Origin: an uncultured Verrucomicrobiales bacterium
Lineage (GTDB): Bacteria > Verrucomicrobiota > Verrucomicrobiia > Verrucomicrobiales > DEV007
Direction: 5' to 3'
NCBI GenBank assembly: GCA_938091905.1
Contig: CALKOM010000125.1
Location: forward strand, 1-42,283
DNA: 42,283 nucleotides
The translations under genes and the position numbers were made by a program. Positions 17,210-26,078 of this stretch are shown here, one piece after another. Each line of letters starts with the position of its first letter. The stretch's first letter is position 1. Below the pieces are notes generated by a model. It was given only the letters and a program-made list of their open reading frames with translations, was not told the origin of the DNA and made no database searches.

Positions 17210-17902
17210 TTAGTGGCGGCGCTGAGATCTCAAGTAGAGACTGACAAAGTAAAATAGTTGCCCGATCGATGCGAGAGCGCCGACTGTGTAGGTCATCGCC
17301 GCCCAGAAGAGTGCCTTCTTGGCTTTTGAGTGATTCTCTCCTTGAGTGACCCCACTTGACTCCATCCATTGGAGAGCGCGTGAACTCGCATTAAATTCCA
17401 CTGGCAGCGTGATAACAGAAAACAACGTCGTCACCGCAAACAGAAGGATCCCAACTAACAAGATCATCGTGCTTCCGTAGGCCGCCATACCAAGGCCAGC
17501 CATAAGAATCCATTGATTCACTGAGCTACTAATCTTAACCAGCGGAACGATCGCCGAGCGGAACTTGAGAAAGGGATAGGCATTTGCATGCTGGATGGCA
17601 TGCCCACACTCGTGAGCTGCCACCGCAGCCGCCGCCACATTGTTCTGGGTGAAGACGACCTCACTCAGATTGACCGTCTTATTCGCAGGGTTGTAGTGAT
17701 CTGTGAGTTGACCACGAACGGCAGTAACCTTGACATCTGTTAGTCCTGCTTCGTTTAACATCTGATGAGCGACATCGCGGCCGGAGACTGGCAATGGCAC
17801 CTGCGAGAACTCGGCAAACCGTTTCTGAAGCATCATGCTCGCAAGGCGACTGGCACCCATCGTGGCAAGCGTAATAATCGTGTAGACTGGACTGAAGTAC
17901 AT
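17210..17902 (-). CDS. Membrane zinc metallopeptidase (YugP / Zn_peptidase_2 family)
   Basis: GQLTDHYNP, AVAAHECGHAIQH, TLPVEFNASSRA, AAMTY. Confidence 0.92.
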   Translation of the reverse strand: MYFSPVYTIITLATMGASRLASMMLQKRFAEFSQVPLPVSGRDVAHQMLNEAGLTDVKVTAVRGQLTDHYNPANKTVNLSEVVFTQNNVAAAAVAAHECGHAIQHANAYPFLKFRSAIVPLVKISSSVNQWILMAGLGMAAYGSTMILLVGILLFAVTTLFSVITLPVEFNASSRALQWMESSGVTQGENHSKAKKALFWAAMTYTVGALASIGQLFYFVSLYLRSQRRH

Positions 17903-17979
17903 TGGGAAAAACAGGCTTTAAAGTTCTTTGAATGATGCGACCTCGTCCACAAGGTATCAACAGAGGAAACCGGGGTTGT

Positions 17980-19389
17980 CTAGGCAAGAATGGAATCAAT
18001 CACGTGCCCGTGGACATCCGTGAGCCGTCGATCGATCCCATTGTGGTAAAAACTAACCGATTCATGGTCTAACCCTAGCAAGTGGAGAACTGTGGCGTAG
18101 AAGTCCCATACCGTGGCCTTATCATTGACCGCCCGTCTCCCGAAAGGATCCGTGGATCCGTAACTCACGCCGCCTTTGACTCCAGCTCCAAGCATCCAGG
18201 TGGTGAAAGCATCTGGATTATGATCGCGGCCTACTGTCCCGGCCTGATGGGTGGGCATTCGCCCAAACTCCGTCGTCCATATGACGAGAGTGTCGTCAAG
18301 CAGACCCCGTTGCTTTAAATCTCGAAGGAGAGCAGCTGTCGGCTGATCCAAGATCGGCGCATGGCGTTCATAGTCCGATTTGAGAGTCTTGTGAGCGTCC
18401 CAATTCATCAGGCCATCGACACCACTAGCCCGGGAACCGCAGTAAAGAGTCACATAGCGCACGCCGTGCTCCAAGAAACGCCGGGCGAGAAGACAATTTC
18501 GAGCATAGGCTGCTTTAAGAGCGTTAGAATCATCCGTCCCATAGGCACGATGCGTGCTCCTACTCTCTCGGGCAAGATCACTCACCTCAGGCGCAGCAAG
18601 CTGCATGCGGGCAGCCAGTTCATAGGACGCCATTCGGGCCGCCAGCTCGGAATCCCCTGCCCTCTCAGCCAAGTGCTTCCGGTTTAGCATCCTCAGGAAC
18701 TCACGGGACGCCTCTTCCTTCTCAAGTGAGATTCCGGCCGGAAGCTTCAGATTTCGTATCGGATTGGCAGCATTGATAGAAACACCTTGATGCTGGGCCG
18801 GTAGAAAGCCGGAGTTCCAGTTTGCCTTTCCATTGGGAGGTTCACCTCGCACATCGGGTATCGCCACATACGTCGGGAGATTGTCGTTCTCACGTCCTAA
18901 CGCATAGCTCATCCACGACCCCGCCGAAGGAAAGCCTTCTTGGACGAATCCCGTGTTCATAAAAAGACACCCCGGTCCATGCGTATTCGACTTCGAATGC
19001 ATGGAGTGAACAAACGCCATCTCATCGGCAAACTCGCCAAGCTCGGGTAAGAGGCTGGATAAGTACTTGCCACACTGTCCCCGCCGCTGAAATGCCCACG
19101 GACTTTGCATAAGATTGCCGTTCTTACCTTGAAACGAGACCATCTCTTCCTCACCGGGCAACGGCTGACCATGATGTTTGATCAACTCCGGTTTGTAGTC
19201 CCAGAGATCCAGATGAGAGGCGGCGCCAGGACAGAAGACTTGCAGGACTCGCTTAGCTTTCGGCCGATACCCACTTGGCCGGGTCTCGGCTAGCAGGTCA
19301 GCCATTCCAATCCCCATTAGACCAGTGCTCATGCGCCCGAGAAACGCACGACGTTTAAGAGATTTTGTCAGTAAGCAAGCCTTCATCAA
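17980..19389 (-). CDS. DUF1501 family protein (sulfatase-like fold, Tat-type signal)
   Basis: KRRAFL, KAKRV...SHLDLWDYKP, NCLLARR...GVRYV, WDAH, TEFGRMP, GRDHNP, RRLTDVHG. Confidence 0.9.
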   Translation of the reverse strand: MMKACLLTKSLKRRAFLGRMSTGLMGIGMADLLAETRPSGYRPKAKRVLQVFCPGAASHLDLWDYKPELIKHHGQPLPGEEEMVSFQGKNGNLMQSPWAFQRRGQCGKYLSSLLPELGEFADEMAFVHSMHSKSNTHGPGCLFMNTGFVQEGFPSAGSWMSYALGRENDNLPTYVAIPDVRGEPPNGKANWNSGFLPAQHQGVSINAANPIRNLKLPAGISLEKEEASREFLRMLNRKHLAERAGDSELAARMASYELAARMQLAAPEVSDLARESRSTHRAYGTDDSNALKAAYARNCLLARRFLEHGVRYVTLYCGSRASGVDGLMNWDAHKTLKSDYERHAPILDQPTAALLRDLKQRGLLDDTLVIWTTEFGRMPTHQAGTVGRDHNPDAFTTWMLGAGVKGGVSYGSTDPFGRRAVNDKATVWDFYATVLHLLGLDHESVSFYHNGIDRRLTDVHGHVIDSILA

Positions 19390-21896
19390 TCCAGGTAAAT
19401 TAGTTCATTCGCATTGAGCAACACACGGCAGAATGCCTCCGCTCCATGGGCTTCCAACAAATCTAGCCCCCCTCGGAGTTCATCTTCCTCTGGCTGACGT
19501 TGAAAAGCCCGGCTAAATGCCTCCCGAACTTGCTCCGTTGGCGTCCTTCCAAAGAGAATTTGCGCAAACAACGCAGCCTGATCTAGCAGAAACCCGTGAT
19601 TCATAAGCGTCAGCGCTTGCAACGGCGTCGTCGTTGTCACTCTTCGTGGCGTCACCAGTGCACAATCTGGAGCATCAAAATCGGAAAGCACGTCGACTGG
19701 CGCAGCCCTAGCGTTCTGGTGGTAGACTGCACGTCGATAGGTCTCTGCACCTGGGCGCTCAAGCGGCACATAGGTCGCTACATTGTCTCTTAAGTATTTA
19801 TAAAGACGAAAGCCGGGACCGCCTTGCTGCTTGTCTAGCTGACCCGTCGCCATCAGCAATGTATCGCGAACCTCTTCACCGCGCAGCCGACGTGGAGGAA
19901 AGCGCCAAAGCAAGCGCGCTTGCGCATCCACAGAAAGGGCTTCCTTGCGACGTTCACTGGATTGCTGATACACTGCTGACGTCAAAATAAGTCGATGCAG
20001 CGGCTTCATGTGCCATTGATAGGCATAAAGTCGAGTGGCCAAGAAATCAAGCAACTGGGGATGAGACGGTTTCCCTCCCATGTGTCCAAAGTCGCTCGGT
20101 GTATCAACAATTCCTGTTCCGAAATGGTAATACCACAAGCGATTCGCGAGGACACGTGGAGTCAGTGGATTGTCCGTCTGCACAATCCATTCCGCAAGAG
20201 CCCGTCTTCTCTCGGCCTCGGGTGCCTCCAGTGGTAGAGAATAACGCGCCGTAGTTGACTGAAGTGTTGTTAGACTTGCTGGAGCAATTTCTGCCCCACG
20301 CTGCGCAGGATCGCCACGTTTCATGAGGTAGGCAGGTGTGGCTGGTTGCGAGAACACTCCGGCCCAGGCTGTTTTCGGAGCGGGAATGGCCCGAAGCCGA
20401 GCCCGCGCTTGAGCCAATTTCGATCCAATCTCACGAAGAGCCTTGGCCGACTGCGGATTCATCGCCAAACGCAGTCGACGTTGCCGGGCATGAGCATCAC
20501 TGACTGGCGGACGGTCGTTCACCCTAGTCACAGGCGTCCATGACATGCCGTCCAACGAGACATCCAGTCGATAGTCTCCAATGAAACGGCGCTCTCCATG
20601 CGTTGGGTCCAGATTCCGCGGGCGATCACTCGAAAGAAGCACGCGACTGACACGAACAGGCTCCCCCCAAGTCAATGTTAGGACTGCATTACCATCGGTG
20701 ATCCAGTGCTGACCAAACTTGCCATCATTCACCCATTGCGGGCCATAAGCTGCAGGATTATCGACAGCGATCTTCGAGGTCGCCCTGACCTCGGCTTCCA
20801 GAGCGACATTGCGCGGCTCCCTACCTTCAGTCCATACTTCGATCTCATCGACTTTGCTTCCCGCAGGAGAAGACGCATTCAGCTCAGAGTTGTGGACCGT
20901 CAGCCGCACTGACTTCGCCATCACAGGATCAAAACGATCCTCCGTGCCATAATGACTTGGCCTGGGCAACAAAAAGCTCTTCGGTAGTTCAACACTATCA
21001 AGAATGTGTTTTTCTTCTTCAGCTAGTCGCCGTTGCCAATACTCTTGCTCTTTGAGAATCGGAGCTCGGTTCTGCTCATACAAGGCTACCTCGCCCTCTG
21101 TTGCCACCACCCTCTCGCCATGATGCACACCCGCAAAGGTCGCCTGCATACGATAATAATCAGCCTGCTCAATTGGATCGAACTTGTGATCATGGCAACG
21201 AGCACAACTTACGGTCAATCCAAGGAAGGCCGAACTTGTTGCTCCGACGATGTCATCCAACGTATTGGCACGAATCTGTGCCTGCGCCTTAGGATCCTGA
21301 TTGCCTACCAAATCATCGGGGCCAGCGACAAGAAAACCTGTTCCCACTTCTATCTCGGGATCGCCAGCGCCGATGACATCCCCAGCCAAATGTTCTCGCA
21401 CCAGGTGGTCATACGGTTTATCGTCGTTAAAAGAGCGAATGATATAGTCACGAAAGGGCCAGGCATTCTCGATCAATGGGTTTACCTCAAACCCCCTGCT
21501 CTCGCCAAAACGAACGACATCGAGCCAATGTCGCCCCCATTGTTCCCCGAAGTGTGGGGACGCCAACAAACGATCGATCAACCGTTCCTCGACATTCAGC
21601 GATTCGTCAGCCTCAAACGAAGTCACCAGCTCAGCGCTGGGTGGCAATCCTAACAAGTCATAAGACACGCGGCGAATGAAATCCCGCCGGTCGGCCACGG
21701 GATTGGGAACGAGCTGGCTCTGCTTAAGTTCGTACTCGATATAGCTATCGATCGGTGTCTTCGCCCATTCAGATGCTTTCGGAGTCGAATAGTCCCTCAG
21801 GGGACGAAAGGCCCACCAGGTCTCGCTTTCTCCTTTCGCGAAAGGAGCTGCTACCGCAACACTCATTGACAAGGCAAACCACAGATTCACGCCCAT
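19386..21896 (-). CDS. PSD1/DUF1549-DUF1553 (planctomycete cytochrome c-associated) protein with a discoidin-like insert
   Basis: WWAFRP, RRVSYDLLGLPP, GEQWGRHWLDVVRFGES, CARCHDHKFDP, NPLTPRVLANRLW, PSHPQLLDFLA, TPLQALTLMN. The start may be GTG 21890. Confidence 0.92.
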   Translation of the reverse strand: MGVNLWFALSMSVAVAAPFAKGESETWWAFRPLRDYSTPKASEWAKTPIDSYIEYELKQSQLVPNPVADRRDFIRRVSYDLLGLPPSAELVTSFEADESLNVEERLIDRLLASPHFGEQWGRHWLDVVRFGESRGFEVNPLIENAWPFRDYIIRSFNDDKPYDHLVREHLAGDVIGAGDPEIEVGTGFLVAGPDDLVGNQDPKAQAQIRANTLDDIVGATSSAFLGLTVSCARCHDHKFDPIEQADYYRMQATFAGVHHGERVVATEGEVALYEQNRAPILKEQEYWQRRLAEEEKHILDSVELPKSFLLPRPSHYGTEDRFDPVMAKSVRLTVHNSELNASSPAGSKVDEIEVWTEGREPRNVALEAEVRATSKIAVDNPAAYGPQWVNDGKFGQHWITDGNAVLTLTWGEPVRVSRVLLSSDRPRNLDPTHGERRFIGDYRLDVSLDGMSWTPVTRVNDRPPVSDAHARQRRLRLAMNPQSAKALREIGSKLAQARARLRAIPAPKTAWAGVFSQPATPAYLMKRGDPAQRGAEIAPASLTTLQSTTARYSLPLEAPEAERRRALAEWIVQTDNPLTPRVLANRLWYYHFGTGIVDTPSDFGHMGGKPSHPQLLDFLATRLYAYQWHMKPLHRLILTSAVYQQSSERRKEALSVDAQARLLWRFPPRRLRGEEVRDTLLMATGQLDKQQGGPGFRLYKYLRDNVATYVPLERPGAETYRRAVYHQNARAAPVDVLSDFDAPDCALVTPRRVTTTTPLQALTLMNHGFLLDQAALFAQILFGRTPTEQVREAFSRAFQRQPEEDELRGGLDLLEAHGAEAFCRVLLNANELIYLD

Positions 21897-21937
21897 AGTG
21901 TAGCCACCGCACTTTCACTTCCAAGCCTGTTCCACTA

Positions 21938-22831
21938 TTACTTTTTCAGCGCTTCTAATCGATCCAAGTTCGCCCGCATCACGCTTAAATAATCCTCACC
22001 GTCACCTGGATCTCCCTCACACGGTGAGACGAGGACATTTCGTAGGCCCAGCTCCGAGACCTTTGCCGCGATTTCTTCACTTGGCTCAGCTTCCCATAAA
22101 AGAACAGTCGCCTTGTGAACTTTGATCTCCTCGTACGAAGCGGCATCAACCTGCTCAGGATCTAGGTCCAGACTGGCTATCTCAAACCCATAGCGCTTTG
22201 CTAGATAATTGTAGGCAGGATGTGATGCCAACAGTAATCGTTTTCCCCAAGCCTTGGCGAACGCCTGAAATCGCGTGTCCAGAGCCAGTAAATCTACTTC
22301 CAAGCTCGCCAGCCCACTCGCAAAGGCATCCGCGTGCTCGGGCCAACGCTTGGACAAAGATTCTGCAATCTCTTGCGCTTGCGCATACGCATTCAGCGGA
22401 TCAATCCAGGTATGGCCATCAATACCCTCGTGCACGTGGTCGCCTTCTGGACCATGCCGATGCGTTGTGGCTTCCAAATACCGCACCAGATCATCCTCGA
22501 GCCCACGAGAAGTATTAACCACCCGACTCGAAGGCAAGGTCACTTTGTCTACCCATTTCTCAAACTGGGCACCGTTCAACAGAATGAAATCTGCGGCTTG
22601 GTATCGCCGCATTGCTTCCGCATCAGGCATCCAGAATATCGGATCTGCACCTTCTGGCAGTGGGCACTCGACCTTCAAATGATCTCCGGCGATGCGCTGA
22701 GCAAAGTAAGTCGTCGGGTAGAACGTCGTTAGAACGACGTCCGATCCTGGATCGCTCCTACGTTCGGAGTCGGTTCCCTTCTGACAAGAAGCGAGCAGGA
22801 AGAGCAGCCCAAAGCAGTAGTAGCGAATCAT
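21938..22831 (-). CDS. Metal (Zn/Mn) ABC substrate-binding lipoprotein, ZnuA/TroA cluster A-I
   Basis: Start ATG 22831 (MIRYYCFGLLFLLASC lipobox); PEGADP, LNGAQFEKW, THRHGPEGDHVHEGIDGHTWIDP, SHPAYNYLAKRYG. Confidence 0.88.
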   Translation of the reverse strand: MIRYYCFGLLFLLASCQKGTDSERRSDPGSDVVLTTFYPTTYFAQRIAGDHLKVECPLPEGADPIFWMPDAEAMRRYQAADFILLNGAQFEKWVDKVTLPSSRVVNTSRGLEDDLVRYLEATTHRHGPEGDHVHEGIDGHTWIDPLNAYAQAQEIAESLSKRWPEHADAFASGLASLEVDLLALDTRFQAFAKAWGKRLLLASHPAYNYLAKRYGFEIASLDLDPEQVDAASYEEIKVHKATVLLWEAEPSEEIAAKVSELGLRNVLVSPCEGDPGDGEDYLSVMRANLDRLEALKK

Positions 22832-22833
22832 AG

Positions 22834-24012
22834 CTAAAGAACGAATATCGATTGAGTGACAAATAGCAGCAAATAGGCGAGGACAAAAGCCAGCGCAAGA
22901 GCTCCGCCCAGAAGAATAAACAGCTCGGACACCTGAAGACCAACCAACGTAAGACGCGCACACCCAATTCGCTTTAGCGTCTCGCGCTCACGTTGACGAA
23001 GCTTCCAGGTGAGTGTCATGACGAGGATGAGAAACAGCACCGTCATGACCATGACCAGCCCAAAGCTGGCATCGAAGAAGCGCTTCACCTTGAAGACGAT
23101 GGCCAGCAGATCCCCCACCACTTCGGTAGGTGCCACGAGCTGTCTCGTATCAGATGTCACGTAGTGCCCTTTCAGTATCGTCGCACTCTTGGCGCTATCC
23201 GGAACGACAATTAGAGAAGTGAGTGGCAGCGTCTTGGGGTCACCATGGAAATGAAACGATGAGAGGTTCGCCTCAGTGATTTCCCGATAGGGGACCACCG
23301 CAGCACTCCCAATCGGCGTCCCATCTTCATCTCTGCCTAGCAGTTTACCCTGATTCTCAGGATCATCCAGTTCCTCGTGTCCGTGACCAATGCCGCCGAT
23401 CACCCAAGCCGTCTTCACATCGACAAAGATCGCACTATCATCTGGCGTACCAACTGGTGCCAGCACCCCCGTGATCCGTAACCTCAGAGGTTGCTCAGCC
23501 GCAATATTGTAGAGACTCGTCTGATCCGTCAGCACATGCCCCCCAGCCTCCAACTCCAAGCGAGCCGCCACGTCATGGCCCAGAACAGCATCTCCTAGCA
23601 CCAGCGGAAACGTCCCTTTCGCAGCGCGCAACTGTCGATGCTCAAAGTAGTCTAATGACGTCCCAATCACTGGGGCGTCCTGGGCTGTGTATCCCAAGTG
23701 AAGAGGGATAGCTAAGCCGCGCTCTTGCTGCTCCATCTCCTGATGATCCGCCAGGTTCAGCCGACTATCGCCACCTTCGTGGGAAAGAAAGTAGAGACTT
23801 CGCAACACTAGCTCAAACTCATTTCCGCGAGGACCTAAAACCAGAGGCGTATTTTCAGCACGTTGGGTGAGGCTACTTTCGTAGGCGCGAATCAGAAGAT
23901 GCAGGTAGACCGGCAAGAGAAAAGCCAACGCAAGACATACAAGCAAGATGAGCGAACGCGCCCGATGAAAGCATAGGTAGCGCCACGTCAATCTGAGAAG
24001 ACCGCCATTCAC
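22834..24012 (-). CDS. ABC transporter permease, FtsX/MacB-type (one TM, large periplasmic domain, C-terminal TMs)
   Basis: Topology and motifs AIPLHLG, GTSLDYF, GVLAPVGTPDDSAIFVD, RQRERETLKRIG; periplasmic GHGHE and FHFH. Confidence 0.8.
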   Translation of the reverse strand: MNGGLLRLTWRYLCFHRARSLILLVCLALAFLLPVYLHLLIRAYESSLTQRAENTPLVLGPRGNEFELVLRSLYFLSHEGGDSRLNLADHQEMEQQERGLAIPLHLGYTAQDAPVIGTSLDYFEHRQLRAAKGTFPLVLGDAVLGHDVAARLELEAGGHVLTDQTSLYNIAAEQPLRLRITGVLAPVGTPDDSAIFVDVKTAWVIGGIGHGHEELDDPENQGKLLGRDEDGTPIGSAAVVPYREITEANLSSFHFHGDPKTLPLTSLIVVPDSAKSATILKGHYVTSDTRQLVAPTEVVGDLLAIVFKVKRFFDASFGLVMVMTVLFLILVMTLTWKLRQRERETLKRIGCARLTLVGLQVSELFILLGGALALAFVLAYLLLFVTQSIFVL

Positions 24013-24689
24013 GATGAAGCCACCTCCTTGCCCAGATCAAATCGACGATCAAAGAAATCGAGCAGCGTCAAATCATGGGTCACCATGAGAAACGTCGTCT
24101 CTCGTGCTCGGATCAACTCACCCACCAAGTCTAGCACTTGCCTTGCCGTCACGCCGTCCAAGTTCCCCGTCGGCTCGTCTGCAATCAGAATTTCAGGCTG
24201 AGTGATCAGCGCCCGGGCAATCGCAACGCGCTGTCGTTCCCCCTGAGAAAGCTGATGCGGAAATCGAGATGATTTATTCGCCAGCCCTAATGCGTCAGCC
24301 AAGCGTTCGCATTCCTTGCGAACGCTCTGCGTGAGCGCTAGCGCATTGTTGATGAAATAAGGTAGAAGCATGTTCTCTTCCACCGAAAGGTAGTCGAGCA
24401 GATCGAGTTCCTGAGGAATGGCCCCCACCCGTGTGATGCGAAGTGATCGCTTTTCGGCTTCATCGAGCTCACCCACGGTCCTCCCCCCCAAGCAGATCTC
24501 CCCAGATTCTGCAGCAAGCAATCCGGTGATGAGACGAAGTAACGTGGTCTTCCCACAGCCACTTGGTCCGGTCAGCGCCACCCGCTCGCCTCGCTTCACC
24601 TTGAAATCAGAAAGGCTCAGCTCAAACGGCGAATTTGGATAGCGGTAGATTAACCCAGAAACCGCAATGATGGACTCCCCCTTCGACAT
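24009..24689 (-). CDS. ABC transporter ATP-binding protein (LolD/MacB-like)
   Basis: GPSGCGKT, LSQGERQRVAIARAL, ADEPTGNLD, VTHD. Confidence 0.95.
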   Translation of the reverse strand: MSKGESIIAVSGLIYRYPNSPFELSLSDFKVKRGERVALTGPSGCGKTTLLRLITGLLAAESGEICLGGRTVGELDEAEKRSLRITRVGAIPQELDLLDYLSVEENMLLPYFINNALALTQSVRKECERLADALGLANKSSRFPHQLSQGERQRVAIARALITQPEILIADEPTGNLDGVTARQVLDLVGELIRARETTFLMVTHDLTLLDFFDRRFDLGKEVASS

Positions 24690-24692
24690 CCG

Positions 24693-25943
24693 CTAGTTTT
24701 CAGGCTCGAGGGTTTCGGGATTGAGACGTTTCTCTCTCGCAATCTCGACATTCGTAATGCGCCAAGCGCCTCCTGAATCAGCCAGCAGGTAACGGGCCTC
24801 ATAGTCATTGAGACGCTCATGGGTGTGACCATGGTGCTGCACCAAACCATCCACGCGCCAATGGCAGTCAAAGGCGTACCCCTTCTCGTCCGGCGTCAAC
24901 GCCGTGGGCTCGCACGTAATGTAATCGAGTTTCCTCACCCGACACACCGCCCCTCCCTCATCCCTGAGAACAAGACTCTTATACACATCACTATAGATCT
25001 CGTCCAGCAAATCGCCGCTGACACTCTGCGCAAGTGTGTCGTAGATCGCATCGTCATCTTGATAGTCGAAAGCACGATAGATATTCTGATGCAAATCCCT
25101 AAATCGCTGAAGGGCCTCCTCTCCTGTGAGGCCTTGGCGCTCCTTTCCAAGAGATAGCGTCAGTGGCTGATACGCCGCCACGGCAGCTGCAGCCATTCCT
25201 CCAAGCGCCATGGCAAACGCGGGCCGTTTCTTGAACACCATGAGAATGCTCCCAAAAGCAAACAGACCAGCCAGAGGCCAAGCCAAAGAGAGTTTGCGCA
25301 CCGAGGTTTCCGCCACTGCAGTTTCCGCCGCCCGCAAACGTTTCTGCGCATTAACAGACAAGATCGGCTCGGGCGAATGCCATACGTACTGCGGTTCCGA
25401 CGGCGTGAATTTCATGAGATCGAGTTCGCCGAATGTGTAGAAGATACTCCCCACCGTTTGTGGGTCGTGCCCCGTAGGATCGGGAGTCTCAGGCACGATG
25501 TCTTTCACTTTGTCAGGAAGGTAGATGCCCCAACGCATGTCTACCGTTTGTGGACGTGTCTTGATCGGGTAGCTCAAGAGAGCGTAAGCCATGACAAAGT
25601 TTGTCACCTCACCGAGATTGACTTGGTTCTCCATCGCCGCATACTCAACATCATCTAACACTGGCCTCACTTCGACCCCATCGATAACGACAGGACAGTG
25701 CTCTGAAAAATAGGCCTCCAACTCCTCACGCACGTCCTCCGCAGTCGGGAACGGCTCTGATCCGTACGCTACCTTTGCCAATGGAGGGATGAGCGACGTC
25801 TCCGCACTGACATCGTAACTCAGCTTCTCTTCTGTCAGCTCCGCAATGAGCTGAAGATTGGAACCTGGCACCTCATGGGCCTCCACGGGCCCTGAAAACA
25901 CCACGCAAAGAAGGCCGCAAGCAAGATAGAAACACCATCGCAT
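24693..25943 (-). CDS. Exported/membrane hypothetical protein, first gene of the metal-transporter operon
   Basis: Signal peptide ending VEA-HE, two central TMs, C-terminal domain with HHGHTHER. Confidence 0.75.
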   Translation of the reverse strand: MRWCFYLACGLLCVVFSGPVEAHEVPGSNLQLIAELTEEKLSYDVSAETSLIPPLAKVAYGSEPFPTAEDVREELEAYFSEHCPVVIDGVEVRPVLDDVEYAAMENQVNLGEVTNFVMAYALLSYPIKTRPQTVDMRWGIYLPDKVKDIVPETPDPTGHDPQTVGSIFYTFGELDLMKFTPSEPQYVWHSPEPILSVNAQKRLRAAETAVAETSVRKLSLAWPLAGLFAFGSILMVFKKRPAFAMALGGMAAAAVAAYQPLTLSLGKERQGLTGEEALQRFRDLHQNIYRAFDYQDDDAIYDTLAQSVSGDLLDEIYSDVYKSLVLRDEGGAVCRVRKLDYITCEPTALTPDEKGYAFDCHWRVDGLVQHHGHTHERLNDYEARYLLADSGGAWRITNVEIAREKRLNPETLEPEN

Positions 25944-25977
25944 GTTCAGATCCTAGAGAGTCTTGAAACGTACTCAA
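25944..25977 (-). promoter_or_regulatory. Promoter TTGAGT-N16-TAGGAT-N6-ATG with a TTGA-N7-TCAA palindrome overlapping the -35
   Basis: Read directly: -10 at 25950-25955, -35 at 25972-25977, palindrome TTGAAACGTACTCAA at 25963-25977. Confidence 0.5.
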
Positions 25978-26078
25978 ATGCCATTCCTCAAGGACGCGAA
26001 TCTCCCACCAGAAACCGGGCTCCGAGCTTGCCTGCATTGAACGTTCCATTAGGTTTGAGGTCAGAATATTCATAAGTT

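Noticed and set aside
5419..22963. ORF-track upstream starts at 6144, 12720, 15153 and 22963
   Set aside because: They run into regulatory DNA or neighbouring genes; downstream ATGs (6060, 12690, 15294, 22831) give proper signal peptides or family N-termini.
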